A stretch of 36,144 nt of DNA, from positions 1-36,144 of IMG/VR virus record IMGVR_UViG_3300019935_000001; one strand, written 5' to 3'. The stretch is from a virus. Lineage: Duplodnaviria; Heunggongvirae; Uroviricota; Caudoviricetes. Below, piece by piece: positions 9,198 through 18,905 of this stretch. Every line of letters begins with the position of its first letter. The stretch's first letter is position 1. The notes under the pieces are model-generated. The model had not been told where the DNA came from and did not search any database. It saw nothing but the letters and a program-made list of their open reading frames with translations. The translations under genes were made by a program, and so were the position numbers.

Positions 9198-9496
9198 CAG
9201 GGCTCGACTTCAAGTACCTGTTTGCTCGCTTCTGCCACTTCTACTCCATGTCCCCGAAAGAGGTTTTGGCCATGCCATGCGACCTCTTCTGGGCCCTCGA
9301 TAGTTGCATCTCTCGTGTCATGGCCGAGTCGGATCTTCGGGCAATCGGAGTCCGTCAGGCAGTTATGAGCGAAGAGGCAGTCCGCGAGCATAAACGCCAG
9401 CTGGTTCTCCAGCTGGGCGAGGTGTACGTGATCAAGCGGGATCGCATCGTCAAAGCGGAGCCCGGTGCGTTAAGCAAACTTCGGGCACTCATGTGA
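9188..9496 (+). CDS. gpT-like extension of the G-T chaperone made by -1 ribosomal frameshift (full product 8853-9496)
   Basis: Heptamer GGGAAAG at 9188-9194 (same as lambda G-T). The -1 frame is open from 9188 to 9496 (GKVTGLDFKYLFARFCHFYSMSPKEVLAMP...). Confidence 0.85.
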   Translation, partial: GKVTGLDFKYLFARFCHFYSMSPKEVLAMPCDLFWALDSCISRVMAESDLRAIGVRQAVMSEEAVREHKRQLVLQLGEVYVIKRDRIVKAEPGALSKLRALM

Positions 9497-9503
9497 GGCA
9501 GTA

Positions 9504-12500
9504 ATGAGCTTAGGCGATATTGAAATCAGGCTGAACCTGGACGCCCGGGACATGGAAACGAACGTGTTCCGGGCGGGGATGCTGATTAAGCATCTTGAAA
9601 AATCAGTCGTGAAGGCGGATCGGTCGATCCAGAGACACCAGAGCAGTCTGTACCGCTGGGGGCGCAATCTTCGTGATGTGTCTCTGACGTTGGGTGCCCT
9701 ACCCTTCGCATTGCAGACCCTCAACACCGCATTCAGTGCGACCATTGGCTATGTCATCCAAGCCAACGCTAAAATGGATCGTCTGAATACCCTGATGCTT
9801 GGCATGTCGGTTTCCACAACCGGTATGGCTGACGCACAGAGACAGGCCAACGAACAGATGGAGTACCTGTTCGATCTGGCTCAGCGTACCCCTTACAACA
9901 TCGACGCTCTGACCAACTCCATGGTTAAACTCAAATCCGTTGGCCTTGACCCAATGGATGGTCAAATGGAGGCACTGATTGACTCGGTGGCCCGGTTCGG
10001 CGGTACGTCCCAGCACCTGCAGCGCTCGTCTATTGCCATTCAGCAGATGATTGGTAAGACGGTCGTGTCGATGGAGGAGCTTCGCCAGCAGCTCGGCGAA
10101 GCAGTCCCAGACGCGATGATCATGATGGCCAAGGGCATGAAAATGACCGTTGGCGACCTGACAGCAATCGTCTCTCAGGGTGTTGTGGAAGCAAAGAACG
10201 CTATCGAGGCAATGACCAGTCAGATGTCGATCCAGAACCGAGGCGCTGCGCAAGCGATGTCGGAAACCTGGGATGGCATCATGGGTCGCATCTCGACTCA
10301 GTGGTTCCTGCTGATGCAGGAATTGGGTAACAAGGGTGGCTTCAAGCAGTTGCGGGAGGTTATGAGCGACTTGCTCAATGAGATGTCTGCACCAGGGGCG
10401 GTGCAGGCGTTCTCTGACATGGGTCGCGGCCTCAATGACCTGATGACCATTCTGAGAACAGCTGGCGGCTTTGTCGTCCGCTTTGCAGATGAAATCCAGA
10501 TGGTTATCGCTGCAGCTGTGGCTTGGAAGGTAGCCAACTCGATCCTGAACTCATCGATCACGAAAGGCATCACCGCCAGCGTTGGTGCTGCACATGGTCG
10601 ATTGGTCGAGTACAACGCCGAGCAAGCCAAGGGTCGCGCCGAGCTGGCCAAGCTGGATACCCATATTGCCCGATTCAATGCCTCCCACGGCCACATGGCT
10701 CAGGCGCAGGCCGGGTCTGCAGTTCAAGCGGCGCTGATGAACAAACGGATGGAGCTGCAGCAGCAGATCTCTGGCCGAGCAACATCCTCTGTTTCCTCAT
10801 ACGCAACTTCTGTGTCCAAATCCGCGGTAGCAATGGTCACCGCTCTGGGGCCGATGGCAGCCATGAGCGCAGCGCTATGGGCCATTGGGGCGGCAATTTC
10901 TCATGTGGTGAGTCAGCAGCAGGTTCATAACGAGCTTGTGCGAGAAGGGGTTCAGGCATACGACGCCAGTCGTCTGCAGGATTATCGCGACCACTTGAAG
11001 GGTCTTCAAAAGGATCTGGCCGAGGTAGAGAAGCGAGTACGCTCCGATGGCGGTTCAGCTGGCCCGGGCATGTCCTGGTATAGCAAAAGCCAGCTGGAAG
11101 CGGACAAGCAGCGCATCAATGCCCTGAAGATCGAGATTGCGGACGCAACCCGGAATATTGAGGCGTCCTCTGTATCGATCAATAGTCGCATTGGCGACCA
11201 GCTGTTCCAGCGTACTCAGGTTGTAACCCAGCGCTCCCAGCGCGACCTGGTAAAAGCGTTCTCTGCTACTTTCGACGAGATCTACACCCGCTTCTCTGAT
11301 GGTGCACTCTCGAAGGAAGCCTATGAGTTGCAGTTCAACGGGATTCTCGAATCGTACAAAACAGCCCTGGCCATGCCGTATGTCAAAGAGACTGACCGCA
11401 TGGCAGAAGAGCTGGAGAAGCTGATCGAGAAACAGAAGACCGGCATGGCGTCTGAGGGCGAGATTGCCCGGATGAACCAGCTGACCGTTGCAACCGAGAA
11501 GATGCGGGGCGAGATCGAAAAAATCCTGAAGCTGCAGGGGCCGAAGGATCTGGTACTGGTCACCTCTGACAAAAAGAAGAAGACCGATCTTGAGAGATAC
11601 CTGGATCGCGTCTCTGACAAACTGCAGAAGGTGCAGGCCAAGTCTGTCGATGCGAACCAGGAGCTGGCGCAGTTCGAGAATCGTCTGGCCCGTGGTGACT
11701 TTGAGCAGGTCGATAAGGGAATGGTTGACCGCATTCGGACGATGCTGCAGCAGATCCACGAAATCAACCAGGCCAACCAGCTGCGGAAGAAGGATCTCAA
11801 AGATCTGGAGTCCATGACAAAACAGCTGGCGAACCAGCAGGCCCGGATCGCAACCACTACTCGCCAGATAGCCGAGGGCGAAAACCCGTGGCTGAAGATG
11901 TCCACTGGCACCCGTCAGCTGAATAAAACCATTGAGTCTGTGAACGAGAAGATCGCTCTGTTGCGATCCTCTGGCAGTGATGTCACCGCGGAGGTTGAAA
12001 AGCTTCAGCAGACCATGGCCGATCTCCAGGTGCAGCAGGCACAGATGGACGTGTCAGCGAACATCACGAAAATGGTTTCGGCCACCAAGTCTCTGAACCG
12101 CGAACTGATGACCGAAAGGCAGCAGATCGAAGCCAACCATGAAGAGACGGTTGTTTGGCTGGACGCCTGGCAGGAGAAGCTGGCGCTGACCGGCCAACTG
12201 ACCGATGACCAGATCCAGAAGCTGGCCGAGTACCGGGGCGCGCTGAATCGTGATTTTGTCCGCAAGACCGAATCAGCAACAGGTTCCCTGTTGCGCGAGT
12301 GGTCTAACAAGTCTCAAGCAATGGACCGCGTCTGGGCTCGCTCCATGCAAAACATGAGTGGCACCCTGACCGACTTCCTGGTTAAGGGCAAAGGCGACTT
12401 CGGTTCGTTCCTGGAGGATCTGGCATACATGATCGTTCAGGCGCAGCTGAATAGCCTGATGGCTCAGGCATTCGGCGGTGGCAACATGCTGACCCAGCTG

Positions 12501-12926
12501 GGTAGCTCCATTGCTGGCCTGTTCTCTGCTGGCCCAGCCACAGCTGCAGCAGGCACATCCGTAACCGGTACATCCCCAACGGCCTCGTTTGCCACCGGCG
12601 GGATCATGACCGAGCACGGCAAAGCCACTCTGCGTCAGTACGCCAACGGCGGCATCGCCCACTCCCCTCAAATTGCACTGTACGGTGAAGGCTCCAGACC
12701 GGAAGCCTACGTGCCACTGCCTGATGGCCGGACTATCCCCGTGACCATGAAAGGCGGTGGCGGCGGCGATGTGCAGGTGAACATCATCAATCAGTCCGGC
12801 CAGCAGGTATCTCAGGGTGAAACCGAGAAGCGAATGGACGGCGAAAAAATGATCCTGGATGTCGTCCTGAAGGCGGCCACTCGCCCCGGCGCATTCCGGA
12901 CAGGTATGAAAGGAGCTATGTCGTGA
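9504..12926 (+). CDS. Tail tape measure protein
   Basis: 1140 aa, Ala-rich helical/coiled-coil; tape-measure domain (AQRTPYNI..L...SGG..Q..EELRQQLGEA.P) and C-terminal FATGG/YANGG...GEG..PEAYVPL. Confidence 0.95.
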   Translation: MSLGDIEIRLNLDARDMETNVFRAGMLIKHLEKSVVKADRSIQRHQSSLYRWGRNLRDVSLTLGALPFALQTLNTAFSATIGYVIQANAKMDRLNTLMLGMSVSTTGMADAQRQANEQMEYLFDLAQRTPYNIDALTNSMVKLKSVGLDPMDGQMEALIDSVARFGGTSQHLQRSSIAIQQMIGKTVVSMEELRQQLGEAVPDAMIMMAKGMKMTVGDLTAIVSQGVVEAKNAIEAMTSQMSIQNRGAAQAMSETWDGIMGRISTQWFLLMQELGNKGGFKQLREVMSDLLNEMSAPGAVQAFSDMGRGLNDLMTILRTAGGFVVRFADEIQMVIAAAVAWKVANSILNSSITKGITASVGAAHGRLVEYNAEQAKGRAELAKLDTHIARFNASHGHMAQAQAGSAVQAALMNKRMELQQQISGRATSSVSSYATSVSKSAVAMVTALGPMAAMSAALWAIGAAISHVVSQQQVHNELVREGVQAYDASRLQDYRDHLKGLQKDLAEVEKRVRSDGGSAGPGMSWYSKSQLEADKQRINALKIEIADATRNIEASSVSINSRIGDQLFQRTQVVTQRSQRDLVKAFSATFDEIYTRFSDGALSKEAYELQFNGILESYKTALAMPYVKETDRMAEELEKLIEKQKTGMASEGEIARMNQLTVATEKMRGEIEKILKLQGPKDLVLVTSDKKKKTDLERYLDRVSDKLQKVQAKSVDANQELAQFENRLARGDFEQVDKGMVDRIRTMLQQIHEINQANQLRKKDLKDLESMTKQLANQQARIATTTRQIAEGENPWLKMSTGTRQLNKTIESVNEKIALLRSSGSDVTAEVEKLQQTMADLQVQQAQMDVSANITKMVSATKSLNRELMTERQQIEANHEETVVWLDAWQEKLALTGQLTDDQIQKLAEYRGALNRDFVRKTESATGSLLREWSNKSQAMDRVWARSMQNMSGTLTDFLVKGKGDFGSFLEDLAYMIVQAQLNSLMAQAFGGGNMLTQLGSSIAGLFSAGPATAAAGTSVTGTSPTASFATGGIMTEHGKATLRQYANGGIAHSPQIALYGEGSRPEAYVPLPDGRTIPVTMKGGGGGDVQVNIINQSGQQVSQGETEKRMDGEKMILDVVLKAATRPGAFRTGMKGAMS

Positions 12927-13282
12927 AGACGTTTCCGACCCTGACCAGTAAGCCAGACACCCGGCACTACTCGGTTGACCGGGAAGACCCTGCTTTGCGA
13001 AATGAAATGGAGGGTGGCTACGTAAGTAGTCGCCCCCGCTTCACCCGCAAGCCACGCCGAACCTTCACCATCGGTTTCACCAATCTGAGTGACGACGACC
13101 TGAGCACTCTGAATAACTTCTGGGATGAAGTGCGCGGCGGATCTGTCGGCTTTGAATGGGTAAATGGATTCACCGGTGAGACGGTGCAGGTTCGATTCAA
13201 AAGCCACTGGGCAACAAAGTACACCGGTCGCGGAACGCACCGTGTATGGGATGTGACCGGTATCCAGCTGGAAGAGATGTAA
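12923..13282 (+). CDS. Distal tail protein (lambda gpM-like)
   Basis: 119 aa after TMP; EMEGGYV..RPR, L.NFWD.VRGG..GFEW motifs. Confidence 0.8.
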   Translation: MKTFPTLTSKPDTRHYSVDREDPALRNEMEGGYVSSRPRFTRKPRRTFTIGFTNLSDDDLSTLNNFWDEVRGGSVGFEWVNGFTGETVQVRFKSHWATKYTGRGTHRVWDVTGIQLEEM

Positions 13283-13905
13283 TGCCAGAACTTATCAGTA
13301 TCGAGACGGCTATCGAGAAGAACCTGGTGTCGTCAGAAAACGTCATATTGATCGCGCTGGAGGTGTCAGTAATTGACCCATCTACGGGCCAAGAGGCAGA
13401 GGTTCTGCGACTGGTGCGAAACAACGAGCCGATCACCTGGCACAACAACCTGTACGGCCCGGTTGACTTTGAAATTGAGGTGAAGCACTCGGCGGGTGAA
13501 GTCCCGTCAGTCTCCCTGAATATCTCCGACTACACCCAGGCCGTTCAGCAGAAGATGCAGGAATACGGCGGTGGCGTGGGTTTCGGGGTGAAGATGATCG
13601 TCATCAACACCGGGAACATGCTGCAGCCGCCTGAGCTGGTCGAAACATTCATAGTGACCGGGGCATCTGCTGCCAACTACAAGGTGTCCTGGGCACTGGG
13701 GGCGCTCGATCCCAGCCGTCTGCGGTTCCCGCGCAGAACCCAATGGCGAGATCGCTGCAGCTGGCGCTTCAAGAGTGCCGAATGCGGCTACACCGGTACA
13801 GCTCCGTCATGTGATCTCACCCTGCAGGGCGACAACGGGTGCGGAGTAAAGGGCAACAGCCGGAACTTCGGTGGCTGCCCGGGCCTGGCGCGGAGATTTA
13901 AATGA
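13282..13905 (+). CDS. Tail tip protein (lambda gpL-like)
   Basis: TAATG coupling puts the start at 13282; C-terminal four-Cys pattern C.W.FKS.ECGY.G...C..T...C......NFGG.PG like the gpL Fe-S domain. Confidence 0.85.
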   Translation: MPELISIETAIEKNLVSSENVILIALEVSVIDPSTGQEAEVLRLVRNNEPITWHNNLYGPVDFEIEVKHSAGEVPSVSLNISDYTQAVQQKMQEYGGGVGFGVKMIVINTGNMLQPPELVETFIVTGASAANYKVSWALGALDPSRLRFPRRTQWRDRCSWRFKSAECGYTGTAPSCDLTLQGDNGCGVKGNSRNFGGCPGLARRFK

Positions 13906-14279
13906 GTTATTCCGACCTGATTGGAGCCCCTTTCCGCTACGGCGGGAGGGGGCCTGACGTATTCGACTGCTATGGCTTGGTTCGATTCCTGTACTTCCAG
14001 CGCACAGGGGTTTGGCCTGTCGATCACATCTCACCAGAAGACGGCTGTGGGGCAAAGATCACCGCGATGATGGTCGGCGATCTGTACCTGTGGGAAGAGT
14101 GCCAGCTGGAAGCCGGTGCCGTCCTTCTGTTCAAAGTACCCGGCAACCTACATGTGGGCACCTACATGGGTGACGGGCGATTCATTCACACCTGGGAGAA
14201 GTCTGGGGGCGTAACTATCGAGCGCCTGGAGGATTGGGAAAAGCGTTTGATGGGGGTATACGAATATGTTGGCGACTGA
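13902..14279 (+). CDS. NlpC/P60 tail tip protein (lambda gpK-like)
   Basis: LIG.PF.YGGRG...FDCYGLV, HVG.Y.GDG.FIH catalytic Cys/His pattern. Confidence 0.9.
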   Translation: MSYSDLIGAPFRYGGRGPDVFDCYGLVRFLYFQRTGVWPVDHISPEDGCGAKITAMMVGDLYLWEECQLEAGAVLLFKVPGNLHVGTYMGDGRFIHTWEKSGGVTIERLEDWEKRLMGVYEYVGD

Positions 14280-17200
14280 AAATGGCCAGTTCAATGTGAT
14301 TGTGATTCGCAATCCATTTGATGTATCTGATCGTGCCATTCTGACTGCCGATTTTGAGATGAAGAGCGTTGCCCAGCTACTGAGTAGCGCCCGATCAGAA
14401 GTGGTTGCCTCACTTAATGGCGGCGTGGTGCCAGAGAGTGCTCTGTCCAGCACCTACCCGAAGCCGGGCGACAGTCTGGTTATTTGCCCTGTGCCACAAG
14501 GTAGCGGCGGAAAGAACATTCTGCGCCTGGTGGCAGTGGTCGCGTTGTCGGTGGTATCCGGCGGTATTGCGGCTGGGGCAGCTTGGGCATCAGGTATCAC
14601 CGGCGTGGTGGGAACCGGTGCGATGTCTGCGGCAATGGTGCAGATCGGTGGCACCCTGCTGATCAATGCCGTACTGCCTCCGGCCGCTCCAGATGCGAAC
14701 GCATTCAAATACAACAATGCGGACGACAGCCCGACATATGGCGTAGACGGCGCAAAGAACACCTCTGTAGAAGGAGTACCCTTTCCTCTTTGTTACGGCG
14801 AACATCGGATGGCTGGCAACATTGTGGGCCTGTTCACAGAGAACGTAGAGGACGATCAGTACCTACACATGCTGATCAATGCAGGCGAGGGTGAAATCGA
14901 AGGGATCCACAACATCCAGCTGGACGACCAGCCACTGAGTTACTTCACTGATGTAGAGGTTCGCACCCGAACAGGTACGGCCGATCAATCCTCAGTTGGC
15001 TGGTTCAACCGAACGGTTATCCCGCAGAGTGTCGGTGTAGAGCTGACGCAGGACTACGTGTCCCGGAACACAACCTCTGAGGTCGATGCGATCCGATTTG
15101 ACATAGTTGCCCCAGCGGGCCTGTTCCGGATCAAGGATAGCGGCAACCGTGGTGAGCATTCGGTCGAGATCGAAGTTGTTGTTGAGTCCCTGGATCTGCC
15201 CACACCGCACTCAGAGGTGAAGTCGTACACGCTGGCAGCCAAGACATCCAGCGCACTGCGCCGATCTGTGATGATCGACAATCTGCCTGAGTCGCGGTAC
15301 GCCTGCAAGATTCGCCGACTGAGCGAGAACTCCGAAGATACCAAGATCAGCGACAACGTTTCTGTTTCAGACATCAACGGGATCATTGAAGACCCTGTGA
15401 CGTACAAGCACACCGCCCTGCTGGCTCTGCGAATGCGGATGACAAACCAGCTGAGCCGGGTGCCGAATGTGTCGTTTCTGCATCAGGGCATCAAGGTAAA
15501 GGTCTGGAACGAATCAGCGCAGACATGGGAGATGAAGGCTTCCAAAAACCCAGCCTGGATTGCATATGACGGGATGACCAACAACCGGTACGGTGGCTCC
15601 ATTCCCGAGGTATCCATTGATCTGCCAATGTTTAAGCGCTGGGCCAAATTCTGTGACCAGGAGGGTCTGGAATTTAACGGTGTGATCGATGGAAACAATG
15701 GCCTGTGGGATGCGCTGCAGCCGGTGATGCGAGTTGGCCATGCCAAGCCTGTGATGATGGGAACCCGGTACTCTCTGTCTATTGAGATGCCAGACGAGCC
15801 TGTGATGATGTTTTCCCAGGCAAACATCATTCAGGACAGCTTCAACATCAGCTGGCTTGGCGTTGAAGATCGCGCCAATGAGATCGAGGTGTCCTACTAC
15901 GACCGCGACGACAACCACCGTCAGCGTGCCGTTCGACTGTACGATGATGACGCCTTGGCAAAGGGTGAAGTTCAGCGATTGACCTCCTTCACGCTCCTGG
16001 GGTGCACCAGTGAAGAGCAGGCCCACTACGAAGCCGAGCTGGCGCTAAACATGAACAAGTACATCACCCAGACGGTGACATTCGATGCCTTTATCGATGC
16101 CATTGCCTGTCGAATTGGTGATGTGGTGTACGTACAGCACGACATGCCCCAGTGGGGATACTCTGGCCGCGTGAGTCCGGGCTCGACAGTATCGAAGCTG
16201 CTGATTCAAGAGGAACTGGGAGACTGCGACACGGTGCTGGTTCGCAGCAGCGCCCAGAAGCGCTACGATGTGTCTGTAGCGTCCGTTGCTGGTGAGATCG
16301 TGTATCTGAGCGGGTATGACGGCGCGAAGCGTGTACGGCGTCTGAAGACACAGGGCGGGGACGATATTGGCGTCCTTGAGCCGATCTACACAGCAGGTAA
16401 GGGCTGGGGTGTCATTCTGGAAGCAGAGCACGCTTTTGCACTGACCCAATCTGTCGAGCTGTGGGATACCGACATTATGGAATCCCGCGATTGCTGGGTC
16501 GATGCTGACGGCAACATTAACCTGTACCAGCCCCTGGAGAACCAGCCCGAGGATTACGCGGACTACATGGCGGGCCGCGGCACCAAGGTCAAAAAGCCAT
16601 TCCGAATCCTGTCGATTTCAGGTAACGGGGAGATGATTCGTACCATCTCTGCTATCGAGTACAACGAATCCATGTACTCGAAAAACATCCCGTTCAAGAA
16701 GACTCCAAACTACGCCGATCTGGACAGCCTGCAGCACTCGTCGATAACCGGTGTAGAGGAGTCACTTCTGAGCCTGTCGGCCGGTGTGGATACAGAGATC
16801 ACGGTTCTGGTTGAGAATGATGACAGTGAGTACCTGGATACTCTGGTCGAGTTCTCGAAGGATGGCGGAAAGACATTCTCGGTGGCAGGCACAGCACGAT
16901 CCGAAGTGTCGTTTATGGCATCCACCGGTGATGTTCTGGTGATCCGAGCCACTGCCCGCAGTATTCTGGGCCAGGCCGCCAGCGTAGTGACTGCGCCGAC
17001 CACAACATACAGTGTGCAAGGTAAGGCAGCGCCTCCTGGCAATGTGCAGAACCTGGCATGGCGCGTGGTAATGGGCGGCATGGAGCTGACCTGGGACGCA
17101 GTGCCTGACATCGACGTTCGTGGGTACATTGTGAAGCGCGGTGCCAGCTGGGATGACAGCCGGTACGTGAACGAGCTGGTTCAGACAACAAACCTGTTCG

Positions 17201-18390
17201 TGCCGCTGACGGAAGAAACCAGCGGCACATACCACCTGCGTGCTATCGACCTGTCGGATGTGATGTCTGAGGGTGTTACCAGTGTCGCAATCGGTATGCC
17301 GACCCCTGACACCGTGACCGGATTCAATGCTGTCCGAAATGGCCCCCAGATTAATATCGTCTGGTCTGCTCTGCAGGATAGCAACGTGATGGAGTACGAG
17401 ATCCGGGAAGGCGTGTCCTGGCCAAGTTCTGAGCTGGTTGCCAAGATCGCGGGAACATCGCACATTGTACCAACCTTGGGCGTGGGGAACCGCACATTCT
17501 GGATCAAAGCTCGCCACCACTCTGGCGCCGAGTCGAACCTGGCGTCCTTCTCGGTAGTTGGCGAGCACATCCAGCAGCTGCGCAACGTGATCATGACTCA
17601 GGATCACAAGGGGCTGAGCTGGCCGGGAGTGAAGAAGGGAATTATCGAAGGCTCTGGTGGTTCCGACATTCACATGAAGCCAAACACCCAGTTCTCCGAA
17701 TACATTGCGACCGTAACGCTACCCAAAGAGTATGTGGCAAGAAACTCTGTAGAGGCCAATCTCCTGGCGGTGTCCGGAAACTCTGAAGCCTTTGATGATC
17801 TTGACTACCCGTTCGATGATCCACGCGCTGCTGTGGCATTTAGTGGAACATCAGACGCCTCGTCCGTGTCGATGACCAAGTTCATTGCTAAACGGGATTC
17901 TGCTCACCAGCGGGGCTTCCATGACATCTCCCTGCAGTCTGATCTGGGGGATCTACAGGGCTCACTGACAGCCGTGGCACACGGCATATCTCACGAGCCC
18001 GGTCGCGTATTGAATGGTGTCAGAATGAGACCAACGGCTCAGGCTTCATGGGAGGTAGGTCTACCCTCAACCTTCAACCTCACCGCGTGGCATACATTTA
18101 AGGATGCCTCGACAGAGGGGGAACTACTGATCTGGAAGGTTGAGTGCGGATCTGGCCACATGACTCTGAAGTATCTACCTGCTACTCACTTCTGGGTGCT
18201 GGAAGGTTCAGACGAAAACAGCGTCGCTGTGACTCTGAAGGCAACCGTTGGTACCGACCTACTCGTTGGCATTGTCCAGACAGTAGGTCAGCGAAAGCTG
18301 ATGGTCGGCGGTATGTCCGGGGAGTACGCATACGGCGTGACAGATACCGGGACGTTAGGGCCTGTTACCAAGGTCATTATGGGCTATTGA
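14266..18390 (+). CDS. Central tail fibre / host-specificity protein (gpI-gpJ-like fusion)
   Basis: N-terminal gpI-like segment (CPVPQGSGGK..ILR.VA), J motifs (P.PLCYGE.R.AGN, SKNPAWI.YD, FNGV.D, RANEIEVSYYD), two C-terminal FN3-like repeats (PP.NVQNL; P..VTGF). Confidence 0.9.
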   Translation: MLATENGQFNVIVIRNPFDVSDRAILTADFEMKSVAQLLSSARSEVVASLNGGVVPESALSSTYPKPGDSLVICPVPQGSGGKNILRLVAVVALSVVSGGIAAGAAWASGITGVVGTGAMSAAMVQIGGTLLINAVLPPAAPDANAFKYNNADDSPTYGVDGAKNTSVEGVPFPLCYGEHRMAGNIVGLFTENVEDDQYLHMLINAGEGEIEGIHNIQLDDQPLSYFTDVEVRTRTGTADQSSVGWFNRTVIPQSVGVELTQDYVSRNTTSEVDAIRFDIVAPAGLFRIKDSGNRGEHSVEIEVVVESLDLPTPHSEVKSYTLAAKTSSALRRSVMIDNLPESRYACKIRRLSENSEDTKISDNVSVSDINGIIEDPVTYKHTALLALRMRMTNQLSRVPNVSFLHQGIKVKVWNESAQTWEMKASKNPAWIAYDGMTNNRYGGSIPEVSIDLPMFKRWAKFCDQEGLEFNGVIDGNNGLWDALQPVMRVGHAKPVMMGTRYSLSIEMPDEPVMMFSQANIIQDSFNISWLGVEDRANEIEVSYYDRDDNHRQRAVRLYDDDALAKGEVQRLTSFTLLGCTSEEQAHYEAELALNMNKYITQTVTFDAFIDAIACRIGDVVYVQHDMPQWGYSGRVSPGSTVSKLLIQEELGDCDTVLVRSSAQKRYDVSVASVAGEIVYLSGYDGAKRVRRLKTQGGDDIGVLEPIYTAGKGWGVILEAEHAFALTQSVELWDTDIMESRDCWVDADGNINLYQPLENQPEDYADYMAGRGTKVKKPFRILSISGNGEMIRTISAIEYNESMYSKNIPFKKTPNYADLDSLQHSSITGVEESLLSLSAGVDTEITVLVENDDSEYLDTLVEFSKDGGKTFSVAGTARSEVSFMASTGDVLVIRATARSILGQAASVVTAPTTTYSVQGKAAPPGNVQNLAWRVVMGGMELTWDAVPDIDVRGYIVKRGASWDDSRYVNELVQTTNLFVPLTEETSGTYHLRAIDLSDVMSEGVTSVAIGMPTPDTVTGFNAVRNGPQINIVWSALQDSNVMEYEIREGVSWPSSELVAKIAGTSHIVPTLGVGNRTFWIKARHHSGAESNLASFSVVGEHIQQLRNVIMTQDHKGLSWPGVKKGIIEGSGGSDIHMKPNTQFSEYIATVTLPKEYVARNSVEANLLAVSGNSEAFDDLDYPFDDPRAAVAFSGTSDASSVSMTKFIAKRDSAHQRGFHDISLQSDLGDLQGSLTAVAHGISHEPGRVLNGVRMRPTAQASWEVGLPSTFNLTAWHTFKDASTEGELLIWKVECGSGHMTLKYLPATHFWVLEGSDENSVAVTLKATVGTDLLVGIVQTVGQRKLMVGGMSGEYAYGVTDTGTLGPVTKVIMGY

Positions 18391-18403
18391 TCCGCCTGTT
18401 AAT

Positions 18404-18421
18404 TAAGTAAGCCCTGACTTA
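18404..18421. promoter_or_regulatory. Palindromic operator-like site TAAGTAAG-CC-CTGACTTA overlapping TATAAT
   Basis: Perfect consensus; TATAAT at 18420-18425; extra half-site CTTACTTT at 18431-18438; upstream of the side-fibre module. Confidence 0.8.
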
Positions 18422-18457
18422 TAATTTGGGCTTACTTTACTAATCTTCGGACAAATA

Positions 18458-18904
18458 ATGATCAACGATACTATGCGGATGCACGGCGCTGCCACCCTGC
18501 AACTTATCAAGGCCAACGGCGAAGTTGAAGTGACCCACAAGGACAATCTGATCGTAGATGTGGGGTTTGATTTCATCGCCGACTGTATCGGGAAAAGCTC
18601 CGGCCGCCCTGCCATTATGAAGTACGTTGGTATCGGTTCCAGCTCTGCTGCAGTTTCTGCCTCCAACACGGCTCTGGGCTCTCAACTTACTCGTCGTTCT
18701 GGTGCATATTCGCACACAGCAGGGACGAAGACTTTCACCATTGTTGAGACCTTCCCGCCCGGATCTGGCACTGGCGCCATCCAGGAGGCTGGTGTATTCA
18801 ATGCCTCGTCTGGCGGCACCATGTTTGACCGGGTGACCTTCCCTGTGATCAACAAAGGGAGCGACGACACCCTGACCGTGACCTTCACGTTCACGATGTC
18901 CTGA
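18458..18904 (+). CDS. Putative tail collar / fibre-attachment protein
   Basis: NLIVD.G...IGIGS..A..A.NTAL...EAGVFNA..GGTMF.R..FP.INK pattern resembles tail-collar fibre N-terminal domains. Confidence 0.6.
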   Translation: MINDTMRMHGAATLQLIKANGEVEVTHKDNLIVDVGFDFIADCIGKSSGRPAIMKYVGIGSSSAAVSASNTALGSQLTRRSGAYSHTAGTKTFTIVETFPPGSGTGAIQEAGVFNASSGGTMFDRVTFPVINKGSDDTLTVTFTFTMS

Positions 18905-18905
18905 T

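Noticed and set aside
9248-9496. Independent 82-aa gene
   Set aside because: Better explained as the -1 frameshift extension of the gpG-like chaperone; no clear SD.
13246-13281. Longer gpL-like start
   Set aside because: It lies inside the gpM-like gene; TAATG coupling points to 13282.
16762-17673. Long minus-strand ORFs (also 4746-5528, 11055-11759, 23046-23690, 35331-36002 and others)
   Set aside because: Antisense shadows of well-supported plus-strand genes with biased codons; no SD, motifs or operon logic.
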